A stretch of DNA of 64,000 nucleotides from positions 864,001 to 928,000 of the forward strand of contig CAVPLT010000001.1 in NCBI GenBank assembly GCA_963706325.1. Direction: 5' to 3'. Positions 10,085 through 20,335 of the stretch are shown piece after piece (the stretch's first letter is position 1; the number at the start of each line of letters is the position of its first letter). The notes beneath the pieces are model-generated. The model was not told the origin of the DNA, made no database searches, and saw only the letters and a program-made list of their open reading frames with translations. This stretch comes from an uncultured Nitrospiraceae bacterium. GTDB lineage: Bacteria > Nitrospirota > Nitrospiria > Nitrospirales > Nitrospiraceae. The translations under genes and the position numbers were made by a program.

Positions 10085-10759
10085 TTAGCTGTGGTGACTA
10101 TTTCTTCCGTTCCCGTTTCCATTCATGCTGACATGCTTACCCGCCTTATGGTTGACACACTCCACCAAATGCCAAAATTTCATCGGGTTCACTTTTTCCT
10201 TGCGGGCGACATGCAGGTCGGTACCTTCAAGCACCGTGGTCAAGGAGAGATCGGTGCGGAAGCCGATATGTTTACAGAGAGGAGAGATTACCTTTTCTAC
10301 GGCGGCGATTAACTTATTGCCGTTGCTGAAGTGGTTCAGCATGATGATGCGGCCACCGGGTTTGCATACTCGAATCATTTCATTCACGACTTTGCGATAG
10401 TCGGGCACGGCGGTCACGACATACGCCGCCATCACCGTGTCGAAGCTATCGTCGGCAAAATCCATTTTTCCTGCGTCCATCAGCATGAGACGCACATGGT
10501 CCAGGTGATAGTGAGATTGGCGTTGCCGGGCCTTCGCCAGCATGCCTGAGGAGAGGTCGATGCCGATGATGTCGCAGTTCTTCGGGTAGTACTCCAGGGC
10601 AATACCTGTGCCGACTCCGACTTCCAGAATTTTTTCTTCGGGGCGGATTCTGAGGTTACGGACTGCGGACTCGCGCGACTGGTGGAAGATTTTTCCAAAA
10701 ATATGATCATAAACGCCGGAATAATTGGTATACACTCGCTCGACTTTGGCGATATCCAT
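10085..10759 (-). CDS. Class I SAM-dependent methyltransferase, phosphatidylethanolamine N-methyltransferase (PmtA)-like
   Basis: YDHIFG, LEVGVGTG, GIDLSSGML, RVCKPGG..NHF. Confidence 0.8.
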   Translation of the reverse strand: MDIAKVERVYTNYSGVYDHIFGKIFHQSRESAVRNLRIRPEEKILEVGVGTGIALEYYPKNCDIIGIDLSSGMLAKARQRQSHYHLDHVRLMLMDAGKMDFADDSFDTVMAAYVVTAVPDYRKVVNEMIRVCKPGGRIIMLNHFSNGNKLIAAVEKVISPLCKHIGFRTDLSLTTVLEGTDLHVARKEKVNPMKFWHLVECVNHKAGKHVSMNGNGNGRNSHHS

Positions 10760-11014
10760 CGTCCCTCCGCAAAATCACGCCTCTCCGTCCGGCACACTCC
10801 GCAGTGCGGAAGTGCCGACGATAAGAACTATAGCGTGGAAAAATCTATGAAGGCGGGACTGTGAACTGGAAGATTCGTCCTCACCCGCCGGATAAGAACA
10901 TCTTAATGTAGCCAAAGCACTCATGGGGAGTCAACAAATTCCTCTAGGTAGGGGGCCTGGCCGCATGGTATCCGGGCTTGCTTCTCCGCAAGGCCCTATG
11001 GGAAGTTTGGCCGT

Positions 11015-11635
11015 ATGGTACTAGCCGGGGCGTTTGCCATCGTATTGTTCGTGGGGTTGATTATCGGAGATTGGGTGTACTTTAGCCGTCTTTCCTCCGA
11101 CGCCGCCCGTTATGGGTACGGGCTCGGTCGGGTGCAAGACCAGGTTGCGTCCTTGGGCGTCCAGAAGCTGATGCGGCGCTTCGATACGAACGGCTTTCTC
11201 GCTTTGCCTCATGGGGTTGCGCGGATCTTTCCGGGGGCGAATCGGCTGGTCATCCGTCCGAGTTATCGGCTGTTCTCCATGCGGTTCCGCACGGCTTGGC
11301 CGCTGAAGGGCTCTATTCAATGGTCATCTGACGTGGATGGTCTTACATTGGTCTGCACGAAGCGGATGCCTTGGTCGTCCTCCATCCTCACCCTCTTGTG
11401 GTTCAGTCTCGTAGGGGTTGGCACACTCGGATTTCTGCTGACGTATTTGTTTGAGGGAGGATTCGAGTCGTTGGGAGGGTTGCTGTTGGGAGTCGGTGTC
11501 ACTGCGGTGGGATTGATCGTAGTCGCCTTCGGCCTCTTGACTGTGACAGTAGCGTACCGAATCGAAAACACAAGGTTGATGCAGGTATACACGGAACTCC
11601 GAGCCCTGGCATTGGACGAGGCCAGCAAGGCCTAA
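11015..11635 (+). CDS. Membrane protein, unknown function
   Basis: Three hydrophobic segments. Confidence 0.65.
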   Translation: MVLAGAFAIVLFVGLIIGDWVYFSRLSSDAARYGYGLGRVQDQVASLGVQKLMRRFDTNGFLALPHGVARIFPGANRLVIRPSYRLFSMRFRTAWPLKGSIQWSSDVDGLTLVCTKRMPWSSSILTLLWFSLVGVGTLGFLLTYLFEGGFESLGGLLLGVGVTAVGLIVVAFGLLTVTVAYRIENTRLMQVYTELRALALDEASKA

Positions 11636-11976
11636 CGCGGGGAGATGTACAGATCGAGCAGATGATCGAATTCCGGCGGTAGATCGAGTGATTGTCGGGA
11701 GCGTGCCAAGCCGGCGATGATCCCGCGATGTTTCAAGCTCAGGCCGGATTCGATGAATGCCTGTCGAAAGTGCGCCCATCGTTGCGATCCGTCCGTGGAG
11801 AGCATTGCAAGCTCCTCTGGCGACAGGGCGTTGAGCGTCGTAACAAGGCTGCCCAAAGCCTTTTCGACCGAGTCATAGGGGGCGGCCAGTTTGAGTCGGC
11901 CGTAAAACACCTCGAGATGTTCCCGGAACTCGTTCCGAAGGGATTCCACTGGACCAGTCCCGCGATTGTGCCCCAT
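11632..11976 (-). CDS. Hypothetical protein (start uncertain)
   Basis: Helical protein-like ORF converging on the preceding gene with a 4-nt overlap. Confidence 0.55.
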   Translation of the reverse strand: MGHNRGTGPVESLRNEFREHLEVFYGRLKLAAPYDSVEKALGSLVTTLNALSPEELAMLSTDGSQRWAHFRQAFIESGLSLKHRGIIAGLARSRQSLDLPPEFDHLLDLYISPR

Positions 11977-12100
11977 ATGGCTGCCCATGCCGATGCTCCT
12001 CAGCCGTGCGATGACTGGGGAGAAGCTTACGGCAGGCACGGCATGACACGCAACGCGATTTTACTCGGACGAGGATTTTTTATTTTGTTTGGAGGTCGAG

Positions 12101-12589
12101 ATGAGCCGTCGGTACCTGATGCTTCTCAGCGGAATACTTCTGGTTCTGTTCACTGGTTGTTCGTCCCATCATCACGGGAATTATAGCCGCGCACAGGGCG
12201 ACTATTGGAACAAGGCCGGCCAGGATGCGAGCGGGCTGGTCGAGAAACATGTTCATGACCCCGAAAAAGTAAAACGAGTGAATGTGGTGATGGGGGAGAT
12301 TATCACGGAGATCAAGTCGGCGCGAGAACAACATCGCCAGTACCATCGCGCCCTCTACGAATTGAATGCGAACTACGCGGCGTCGCCGGACGAGTTCACA
12401 CACATTCTGGATGAGTTGAACAATAGCCGCATGCGTTCTTCTGCCAAGATCTTGGGCCTTCGCTTCAAGTTGAAGGGGCTCTTGACGGCCCAAGAATGGG
12501 CTGGGCTCTCCGAGGAGCTGCAGAACTACGGCAGTCGCTATTACGGAAAGAAGACAGATTCGGTAGCCCCGGCAGTGTCCCAACCCTAA
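12101..12589 (+). CDS. Putative helical lipoprotein
   Basis: GGAGG RBS; LFTGC lipobox followed by SSHHHG. Confidence 0.7.
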   Translation: MSRRYLMLLSGILLVLFTGCSSHHHGNYSRAQGDYWNKAGQDASGLVEKHVHDPEKVKRVNVVMGEIITEIKSAREQHRQYHRALYELNANYAASPDEFTHILDELNNSRMRSSAKILGLRFKLKGLLTAQEWAGLSEELQNYGSRYYGKKTDSVAPAVSQP

Positions 12590-12605
12590 GCGGCCTGTGC
12601 GGTTC

Positions 12606-13214
12606 TCATAGAAGCCGGTCAATGCCTGGCCTATGATTGAGGAACAGCAGTTGCGCGGAGTGGTCCGTCAGTTCCAGCCCACTGACGGAGACATGATCGA
12701 TGGTGGCATGGCGGATCATGGCCAAATCGAGGTGCAGATAATGGGCGAGAACCGCCCGAATGACGTCGCCGTGAGAGACGAAGACGTAAGGCCTCTCTTG
12801 TGGGGCCTCAATGACTCGTTCCACCGCCAAGACCGCACGGCGTTGCACCTCACGCAACGTTTCCCCGCCGGAGGGACGCGCCACGTCGGGTTGAGTGTAC
12901 CAATCCCGCTTCGCTGGGTCATCGGCGAAGTCTCGCCAGTACCGATTCAGCCAATCGCCGACTCCTATCTCACGTAGCTCTGATACAAGTTGCAGCGGCA
13001 TCTCGTGTCCCTGACGCAAAATCTCGGCCGTTTGCACGGCGCGTAGGACAGGGCTTGTGAAGATCCCGGTGATCGGAGTGCGGGACAAGACTTCGGCGCA
13101 GGCCTGAGCCTGGCGTTCGCCGGCTTGGTTCAACGGAATCGATTGATCCCCCATGACGCGGCCGGATCGGTTCCAGTCAGTTTCTCCATGGCGAATGAGT
13201 AGCAGAATCGGCAT
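12606..13214 (-). CDS. Histidine phosphatase family protein (phosphoglycerate mutase-like)
   Basis: RHGETDWN, SPVLRAVQTA, VSHGDVIR. Confidence 0.92.
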   Translation of the reverse strand: MPILLLIRHGETDWNRSGRVMGDQSIPLNQAGERQAQACAEVLSRTPITGIFTSPVLRAVQTAEILRQGHEMPLQLVSELREIGVGDWLNRYWRDFADDPAKRDWYTQPDVARPSGGETLREVQRRAVLAVERVIEAPQERPYVFVSHGDVIRAVLAHYLHLDLAMIRHATIDHVSVSGLELTDHSAQLLFLNHRPGIDRLL

Positions 13215-13232
13215 CGGTGACGCTCGTCGGGC

Positions 13233-14276
13233 CTATGGAGTGGTCAGGAGGGAGGCGGTGAGCGGAATTGCTGACCAATGCTCCCCGCCGTCGGTCGAAC
13301 GATACAGCCCGCTTCCATTCGTCCCGACATAGAGGAGCTGAGGATCGGTTGCGCTGATGGCGATCGTGCGCACGTTCAAGGTGGCGAGCCCCTGATTGTG
13401 AGGCTGCCAACTTTTTCCGCTATCGATCGTCTTGAGGACGCCGGCCGGCCCGCCGATATAGAGAACGCCGGGGTTTGTCGGATGCACGACCACGCTACTG
13501 ATAAATTGAGCAGACAGTCCCTGTCCGATCTGTTCCCAATACTCCCCCCGGTTGGTCGTTCGAAAGAGTCCCTTCGTGGTGGCGGCGTACACGATACCGG
13601 AATTCAGCGGATCGACTGCCAAGACATTCACTCCCAGCGCCATGGCGGCATTCAGGACCTCATCGGGGATGAGCCCGCTATTCTTTTTTTGCCAGCTCCC
13701 GCCGCCATCCTCGCTGCGGTAAGTGCCGCCGGTCGTTCCGGCGTAGAGCACGCGCGGGTGCTTAGGGTCCATGGTGATGCAGGTGACGATGTGCACTTCC
13801 TTCATGCCCGCCATCCGTTCCTCCCACTCCCGGCCACCGTTTTTCGTGACGAACGCGCCGACCGTGGTGGCGAGGTAGATGATCTCGGTATTGTCGGGGT
13901 GGAAAATGATCTCGTTGACGAATGAGACGTGTTCTTTCAGACCGACGTTGTGCGATAGCCAATGCTGGCCGCCGTCCGGACTTTTGTAGATGGCATCCCC
14001 CATGGTGCCGGCGTAGACGGTGGCAGGGAGCTTGGGATCGATGGCCAAAGTGGTCACGCGACGGGCGGTGAAGCTGGAAAACTGCTCCCAGGTTGCGCCG
14101 CCGTCCCTGGTCTTATGCACCGCTTCGTTCGTGGCGACGTAGACGATATTGGGATTGGAGGGATGGAGCGCGATTGAGACGACGGCTGCTTCCCGCGTTC
14201 CACAGGCCAATAAGAACAGGCCGAGCAGAAAAATGAACGGTCCGACGATGGCACGAGTGGGATTGCCTGACGACAT
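13233..14276 (-). CDS. BNR/Asp-box beta-propeller lipoprotein
   Basis: Repeated (S/T)xDGGxxW Asp-boxes; LLAC lipobox. Confidence 0.85.
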   Translation of the reverse strand: MSSGNPTRAIVGPFIFLLGLFLLACGTREAAVVSIALHPSNPNIVYVATNEAVHKTRDGGATWEQFSSFTARRVTTLAIDPKLPATVYAGTMGDAIYKSPDGGQHWLSHNVGLKEHVSFVNEIIFHPDNTEIIYLATTVGAFVTKNGGREWEERMAGMKEVHIVTCITMDPKHPRVLYAGTTGGTYRSEDGGGSWQKKNSGLIPDEVLNAAMALGVNVLAVDPLNSGIVYAATTKGLFRTTNRGEYWEQIGQGLSAQFISSVVVHPTNPGVLYIGGPAGVLKTIDSGKSWQPHNQGLATLNVRTIAISATDPQLLYVGTNGSGLYRSTDGGEHWSAIPLTASLLTTP

Positions 14277-14349
14277 CACGATGGCCGCAGACCTAACCAC
14301 AGCGGGGTGAGCGAGTCAAGGTCACGCATTCTGAAGTTACGAGGAGCGG

Positions 14350-15489
14350 TTATAACCGTGGGGTGAATCGTTCAGCGTATCCTGTCAGTTCGACATAACC
14401 TCGTCCTGTGACAGGCCTGTCCCCCGCCTGACCGGTGGCGGACACCGCTCCTTCCCAATATATGACATGGGTGCTGTGGGCCGTGTCCAATTCTTGGTCC
14501 GGGAGCAACGACACGACATCCAGGTTCAGACCGAACGTAGGAGCGGAAAGCCGCCAGCGTTGCGGGTAGCGCGCGTGAGAGCGCGGACTGGTCCAATAGG
14601 AGACCGGCTCAATGGTGAGATCCTGCGCGTTGAGAGCCCGCGTGTGTCCATCGGCGAAGACGAACGTCCCGCTCGACACCGGATCGGCCGAGCCATCAGC
14701 TCGTCGCAAGGAATACCACATCAGCTCGGTGGAGTCGCTTAAATGCAGGCTGAACCAGTCCCATCCCACCACGTCCCGGCCGAGGTCGGCGGATCCGAAC
14801 TCGTGATCCATCCAGCTCAGACCGGTGACGGTCAAGGTGTCCGTCCCGATCCGGATCTTCCCATCGGTCGCGAGATGCGTGAGCGAGTAATAGTGCGAAG
14901 CCTGCTCCGGCGCGGCGCCTTTGCGGCTGATTCCCCCCTGACCATGCAGCACGGGAGGCTTCCGCGGGAGCATCTGTAGGTCGATCGCAAAGTCGTCGGT
15001 CGCGGCTTGAAGCCTCTGCCGATTTGGGGTGTGAGGCTCCATCGAGACCGACCAGCGATTGATCCACACATGCAATTGGTCCCTCTCGGCTCCCGCTTTG
15101 CCCAGCCCGGCGCGGCTGACGGTGTCGGCATAGAGAAATCGTTCGTGCTCAAGGTCCGTGACGGCGAAGTGGGCAAGATAGAGTTGATGAATCGACCATT
15201 TCGACGGCTCCGTTTTGACCTGATCAGGCGGAATGCCGCGGCGAAAGAATGTGAGTTGAAAGCCGAATGTTCTGCCACTGGCCGCCGTGAGATGGCCGGT
15301 GTAATACCACCACTCCGTGCGAAATGGTTCGTGCGCGCCATGGTCTCGAGGGAAGTGGTACTGATAACCAGGCGTGGCGATAGAGAAGGACTGGTCGCCC
15401 TTCTCTGTGGCGATAGCGTGGCTTCCGAGCGGGAACAACATGACCGCCAACGCCCATGACGCGAAGGAGAAAGCGCGAATTTTCGTCAT
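14350..15489 (-). CDS. Lipocalin-like AttH/CrtC (carotenoid 1,2-hydratase-like) secreted protein
   Basis: FPRDHGAH..EWWYYTG, WMDHEF, GWDWFSL, YWEG, GYVELTGY. Confidence 0.88.
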   Translation of the reverse strand: MTKIRAFSFASWALAVMLFPLGSHAIATEKGDQSFSIATPGYQYHFPRDHGAHEPFRTEWWYYTGHLTAASGRTFGFQLTFFRRGIPPDQVKTEPSKWSIHQLYLAHFAVTDLEHERFLYADTVSRAGLGKAGAERDQLHVWINRWSVSMEPHTPNRQRLQAATDDFAIDLQMLPRKPPVLHGQGGISRKGAAPEQASHYYSLTHLATDGKIRIGTDTLTVTGLSWMDHEFGSADLGRDVVGWDWFSLHLSDSTELMWYSLRRADGSADPVSSGTFVFADGHTRALNAQDLTIEPVSYWTSPRSHARYPQRWRLSAPTFGLNLDVVSLLPDQELDTAHSTHVIYWEGAVSATGQAGDRPVTGRGYVELTGYAERFTPRL

Positions 15490-15632
15490 GGCAAACTCAT
15501 TGGTCGACGTATGTGATGGACATGGGAAAACGCCTGAGACGCTCCGGTGTTTGTCTATGCGAAGTGGAAGGAAACTCAATATTCATCATGGTTTTGAGGG
15601 TATTGACGCAGTTGCGAGTCGACATGACGGCG

Positions 15633-15662
15633 TTGACAATTTTGCAAAGCATAAGCTATCGT
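15633..15662 (+). promoter_or_regulatory. Putative sigma70 promoter immediately before the LON-domain gene
   Basis: TTGACA-N18-TATCGT ending 5 nt before ATG 15668. Confidence 0.45.
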
Positions 15663-15667
15663 GAGCC

Positions 15668-16357
15668 ATGTTTCTTGAACCGGAACGTGATCAGCCTCAC
15701 CGTGAGCTGTCGGGAAAAGCCCCATCGTTTCCCATTCCGAAGCGCATTCCGGTGTTTCCACTGCCGAACGTCGTGTTCTTTCCCAAGACCTATCTTCCGC
15801 TCCATATATTCGAGCCGCGTTACCGTCAGATGGTAGCGGATGCGGCGGCAGGAGGGCAATGTATCGGCATGGCTCTCCTGAAGGAAGGGTGGGAAGAGCA
15901 ATATGACGGGAACCCGCCCATCTTCTCGGTGGGCTGTGTCGGGCGTCTGGCCAGTGTCCAGGCATTACCTGATGGCCGCTCGAACATTTTGCTTCAGGGC
16001 CTTGATCGGTATGAAGTGCATGAAGAATTCCATGAAAAAAGTTATCGCGAAGCGCGCGTGAGTCTCAAGCCCCGGCTCCGGGACTTCTCGATGGATCCGC
16101 CGTTACGTCGATATTTGATGGATATCCTCGATGAATATCTCCAGGCGGACGAAGAGGCCTCGCCCCTGCATAGTCTCGCGCGTCCAGACGTCACCGACGA
16201 GGTGTTCGTCAATTCTCTTTCGACCTATCTTGATTGTACTCCGCTTGAAAAACAGTTCTTGTTGGAGGCCGAACATTTACCGCAACAGGCCAGGAGACTG
16301 AGTGATTTGATCCAATTCAAGCTGGCGGAGCGGCGCGGCGCCGGAGGGTGGGGGTAA
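15668..16357 (+). CDS. LON peptidase N-terminal (substrate-binding) domain protein
   Basis: IPVFPLPNVVFFP..LHIFEPRYRQM, PDGRSNI, EKQFLLE. Confidence 0.9.
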   Translation: MFLEPERDQPHRELSGKAPSFPIPKRIPVFPLPNVVFFPKTYLPLHIFEPRYRQMVADAAAGGQCIGMALLKEGWEEQYDGNPPIFSVGCVGRLASVQALPDGRSNILLQGLDRYEVHEEFHEKSYREARVSLKPRLRDFSMDPPLRRYLMDILDEYLQADEEASPLHSLARPDVTDEVFVNSLSTYLDCTPLEKQFLLEAEHLPQQARRLSDLIQFKLAERRGAGGWG

Positions 16358-17331
16358 TGTCGCGGGCGGTCGCTATCGAGGTGTCGCATCTCGGAAAAAC
16401 GTACGACAAGATCCAGGCCGTCGATGATCTGTCGTTTCAGGTGTATGCCGGAGAGATATTCGGTTTGCTGGGACCGAACGGCGCCGGCAAAAGTACGACC
16501 CTTCGCATTCTGATCACTCTGCTCCACCCGACCTCGGGGTCCGCCACCATTTTCGGGCTGGATTCTGTGAAAGACGCAGACCTGGTGCGGCAGACGATCG
16601 GGTATGTGCCACAAGAGCGCGCCATCGATCGTTTTCTGACTGGGCGGGAACATCTCGAACTCCTCGCTGATCTGTATCACCTCTCCGCCGAAGAAGCATC
16701 CACCCGCATTCCTCAACTGCTGAAGCTGGTCGAACTGGAGCCACAGGCCGACCGCCCGGCCAAGACCTATTCCGGGGGCATGAAGCGGAAGTTGGATATC
16801 GCCTGTGGGTTACTGCCGGATCCCAAGATTCTCTTTCTGGATGAACCGACACTCGGCCTGGATGTGCAAAGCCGATTCCGTATTTGGGACCATGTGCGGG
16901 CCATGCGGGATCGAGGCATCACCGTGGTCATGACGACCAACTATCTGGACGAGGCCGATCAGCTCTGTGATCGCATTGCGATTATCGACGGTGGCCGGAT
17001 TAAGGCTTTGGGGTCGCCGACGGAATTGAAAGTTGGATTGGGTGGCAATTTGGTGTCGCTGACGGTGCGCGAACACGATCGCATCGACGCATTGGCGGCG
17101 GCAGTGAAAAATTTACCGGCTATCCGCGCAGTGATGATCAAGCCGAACGGGTTGGATATTCGAGTCGATTCTCCCGAGAAGGCCTTGCCGGCCATCCTCG
17201 ACGCAGCCAGCCGCCTGACCTGCCAGCTCGAATTCATCGACTATCACCGGCCTCGGTTGGATGACGTGTTTATTGCCCATACCGGTCGGTCGATCAAGGA
17301 TGATCAGCCGAAAGAAGACGATCAATCATAA
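16357..17331 (+). CDS. ABC-2 type transporter ATP-binding protein (DrrA-like)
   Basis: GPNGAGKST, YSGGMKRKL, LDEPTLGLD. Confidence 0.92.
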   Translation: MSRAVAIEVSHLGKTYDKIQAVDDLSFQVYAGEIFGLLGPNGAGKSTTLRILITLLHPTSGSATIFGLDSVKDADLVRQTIGYVPQERAIDRFLTGREHLELLADLYHLSAEEASTRIPQLLKLVELEPQADRPAKTYSGGMKRKLDIACGLLPDPKILFLDEPTLGLDVQSRFRIWDHVRAMRDRGITVVMTTNYLDEADQLCDRIAIIDGGRIKALGSPTELKVGLGGNLVSLTVREHDRIDALAAAVKNLPAIRAVMIKPNGLDIRVDSPEKALPAILDAASRLTCQLEFIDYHRPRLDDVFIAHTGRSIKDDQPKEDDQS

Positions 17332-17354
17332 CCGCCGGAAGCCGACGGAATGTC

Positions 17355-18134
17355 ATGAAAGAATATTGGCAGGAAATTCGAGCGTTGACGATGCGATGGG
17401 TGCGGCGGTTGAGCCGTGAAAAGTTCAGCATGCTCTTTACCCTGGTGCAGCCAATGTTGTTTTGGCTGATCTTTTTCGGCAACTTGTTTCAACGCGCCGC
17501 CGACATGCAGGTGACCCAAGCGTCGAGCTATATCAGTTTCCTCACCGCCGGCGTGGTGGTGATGACCGTACTCAATAACGGGTTGGCGGGAGGTGTCGAC
17601 CTGCTCTTCGATAAGGAGAACGGGTTCCTCGAGCGGCTGATGTCCACGCCCATTCACCGAAGCTCCGTCATTCTGAGCCGGTTTATTTTTGTGATGACCA
17701 TCACGTCGATGCAGGTGTTAGCCATCCTGGGTGTGGCTTGGTTGTTCGGTGTGCAGCCCGTGACCGGATTGCTGGGAGTGGCGGCGATTCTATTCATCGG
17801 TATGATGTTCGGTGTCGGGCTGACGGCGATTTCCATGGCGATGGCCTTTTCCGTGAAAAGCCACGGCGACTTCTTTTCCGTCCTCGGGTTCCTGTCCTTG
17901 CCGATGATTTTCTTGAGTTCCGCCCTCGTGCCACTAGCCGCCATGCCGGGCTGGATGGGATTCTTGGCGCAGTTTAATCCCATGACCTGGGCCATCGATG
18001 CGGTGCGTCCATTGATTCTCCAGGGATGGGCGGAAGCGTTGCCCCACGTCGGAATGGTGATCGTGGTGATGGTCGTATTTGATGCATTGTGCCTCTATGG
18101 GGGAGCGCGCGCATTCCGTCGGGCAATCGGGTGA
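17355..18134 (+). CDS. ABC-2 type transporter permease
   Basis: About six TM helices; NPMTWAIDAVR. Confidence 0.9.
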   Translation: MKEYWQEIRALTMRWVRRLSREKFSMLFTLVQPMLFWLIFFGNLFQRAADMQVTQASSYISFLTAGVVVMTVLNNGLAGGVDLLFDKENGFLERLMSTPIHRSSVILSRFIFVMTITSMQVLAILGVAWLFGVQPVTGLLGVAAILFIGMMFGVGLTAISMAMAFSVKSHGDFFSVLGFLSLPMIFLSSALVPLAAMPGWMGFLAQFNPMTWAIDAVRPLILQGWAEALPHVGMVIVVMVVFDALCLYGGARAFRRAIG

Positions 18135-18160
18135 TTCTACTTTCGCATCAAGGACCGTAC

Positions 18161-19021
18161 ATGTTCGTGAATGAAAGCCAAATCCGCGCATTGATCCGGC
18201 TCCTCGGCGATGAGGATGAACGAATCGTCAGAACCATCAGCGGAAAACTCATCGATTTCGGCGACTCGGCCGTACCGTTGCTGCAAGAGGCTGAGATCGA
18301 ACGGCCGGACATGGCCGACCGCATCGTCACCGTATTGGAAGAAATTCGCGGGACGAAGCTGGAGGAAGAGCTTCGCGACCTCATCGCGTCACCAGAAGAC
18401 CAAGTCGATCTTGAAGCGGGAGCCTTTCTCCTGGCGCGCTATGCCTATCCCCTGCTCGATGTGCAGGCCTACCGGCATCAGTTAGATCGCATGGCGCAGG
18501 ATGTGCGCGAGCAGATTGGGTCTCGGGTCTCGGGCGAAGAAACCGTGAAGGCGCTCAACCGCTACCTGTTCACGGAAGCCGGTTTTAAAGGGAACACCAA
18601 GAACTACTATGAGATCGAAAACAGCTATCTCAATTGTGTGATCGACCGCCGGACAGGCATCCCTATCAGTCTGTCGACTGTGTACCTCCTCATCGGGCGG
18701 CGGTTGCAGCTGCCGGTTCAGGGGATCGGCATGCCGGGCCATTTCCTCGTCAAGTTCGACTCGGAGAAGTACAAGATTTTTATCGATTGTTTCAACGGGG
18801 GTGCGCTGCTCACGGAAAAAAACTGCGCGCGTTTTCTTACGGAAGCCGGTTATGGGTTCGAGGACCGATTTCTGCAGAAGAGCCCCACGCGCGCAATTTT
18901 GGCCCGGATGATCAAAAATTTGTTGGCCATCTACAGCAAGCTGGATGAGCCGTTGAAAAAAACACGCCTGCCACGGTTCCTTGAGATTTTAGGCTGCGAG
19001 CAGCGAGAAGAGGGACTCTAG
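18161..19021 (+). CDS. SirB1 / transglutaminase-like domain protein with N-terminal HEAT-like helices
   Basis: GFKGNTKNYY..NSYLNCVIDRRTGIPISL, GIGMPGHFLV. Confidence 0.88.
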   Translation: MFVNESQIRALIRLLGDEDERIVRTISGKLIDFGDSAVPLLQEAEIERPDMADRIVTVLEEIRGTKLEEELRDLIASPEDQVDLEAGAFLLARYAYPLLDVQAYRHQLDRMAQDVREQIGSRVSGEETVKALNRYLFTEAGFKGNTKNYYEIENSYLNCVIDRRTGIPISLSTVYLLIGRRLQLPVQGIGMPGHFLVKFDSEKYKIFIDCFNGGALLTEKNCARFLTEAGYGFEDRFLQKSPTRAILARMIKNLLAIYSKLDEPLKKTRLPRFLEILGCEQREEGL

Positions 19022-19022
19022 C

Positions 19023-19781
19023 TCAACCACGTAGCTTGAGCAGGTCCCGAGCCTTCCGAATCTTCCCCGCGAAGTAGTTCGCCGCCTGTGCGCACACATC
19101 ATACTGTTCAGCAATCGGATAAAAATGCGAAAGCACGAGCTGGTTGACCCCCGCTTCCTGCGCTACCCGACCACAGAGTCCGGCATGCAAATGCCCGGCT
19201 CCCGGGCGGTTTTCTGGAAAGGAACAGTCCAGGATTGCCAGATTGGCTTCGCTGCAGAGACGAACCAGACTGTCGCAATAGAGCGAATCGCCGGAATAGG
19301 AGACGACGTGGTCCTGATATTCAATCCGGTAGCCTACGCAGTGGAGACGGGGCGCGTGAGTGACAGTCGCGGGCCGAATGCGGGTGTCACCCAAGCGGAA
19401 GCTGCGATCGGAGACTTCGCGAATCGTCACGCGAAACGGCGCTGCGTTGAAACTTGGGAACGTGGTTAGCATGGCTCGCATCAGGCGTGTGGTTCCCCGT
19501 GGTCCGATAAGAGTCAGTGGCGGTCTCGTGCCGCCCTGATATTTGCAAAAAATGACGGCATCGAAAAAAAATGGGATAAAGTCGGCGAAATGGTCGGCAT
19601 GGAAATGGGAAAACAGAATGTGTGTGATGCGGTGGCGATCGACACCGGTCTGAATCAAGTTGGAGAGGGTGCGGGGCCCGAAGTCGAGGAGGAACGTGTG
19701 ATCGGTTTCAACCAGATATCCGGCAGCGGCCCTAGTGGGATGCACATTTGTTCCTGAGCCCAGGACGGTGACTCGAATCAT
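19023..19781 (-). CDS. MBL-fold metallo-hydrolase (RNase Z/BN-like)
   Basis: SHFHADH, YSGDS, LVLSHFY. Confidence 0.88.
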   Translation of the reverse strand: MIRVTVLGSGTNVHPTRAAAGYLVETDHTFLLDFGPRTLSNLIQTGVDRHRITHILFSHFHADHFADFIPFFFDAVIFCKYQGGTRPPLTLIGPRGTTRLMRAMLTTFPSFNAAPFRVTIREVSDRSFRLGDTRIRPATVTHAPRLHCVGYRIEYQDHVVSYSGDSLYCDSLVRLCSEANLAILDCSFPENRPGAGHLHAGLCGRVAQEAGVNQLVLSHFYPIAEQYDVCAQAANYFAGKIRKARDLLKLRG

Positions 19782-20236
19782 GACACCGGCGCCTCCTGGA
19801 AACTCTGCCGCAAACGAATGAGCAGCCGGCGTAGCTGATCGGCCTCCGCAGGGCTGAACGCGCGTTCGAAGAATGGGCGAATGAAGGCGATATGTGCTGT
19901 GAAAGTCTTTCGAAACAACCGATCGCCTTTGTCGGTCAGACAGATAAGCGTGCTTCGTCGGTCGGCAGCCACTGGGATTCGGCGAATCAACCTCTTGGCC
20001 TCCAGACGATCCAGTACGCCGGTCAAGGTTCCCTTCGTGACCAGCGTGGCAGATGACAGTTCGGCGCAGGTCAGGCCGTCTGTATCGCCCAAGGTCGCAA
20101 TCACGTCGAACTGCGAAGGGGTGAGGCGCAAGGAACGCACATGCCGGCTGTCTGTGCGCCAGAACGCAAGATAGGCCTCAACCAGCGGGCGTAAAACTTT
20201 GAGATGGGAATCGTCTTTGAGATGGGGACTGTCCAC
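19778..20236 (-). CDS. MarR family transcriptional regulator
   Basis: LTPSQFDVI, LTGVLDRLE, DRRSTLICLT. Confidence 0.92.
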   Translation of the reverse strand: MDSPHLKDDSHLKVLRPLVEAYLAFWRTDSRHVRSLRLTPSQFDVIATLGDTDGLTCAELSSATLVTKGTLTGVLDRLEAKRLIRRIPVAADRRSTLICLTDKGDRLFRKTFTAHIAFIRPFFERAFSPAEADQLRRLLIRLRQSFQEAPVS

Positions 20237-20245
20237 AGCGCAGGC

Positions 20246-20275
20246 AGCGTAGTCACCGCATCAGGCGCCTGTCAA
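20246..20275 (-). promoter_or_regulatory. Putative sigma70 promoter of the marR-MBL operon
   Basis: Minus strand TTGACA-N18-TACGCT, 9 nt before GTG 20236. Confidence 0.45.
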
Positions 20276-20335
20276 GAGTTGCTGAGGATGTCGCGTTGAC
20301 GCCGTGAGGACCGGCCCCCTATCATGTCGCCTGCC

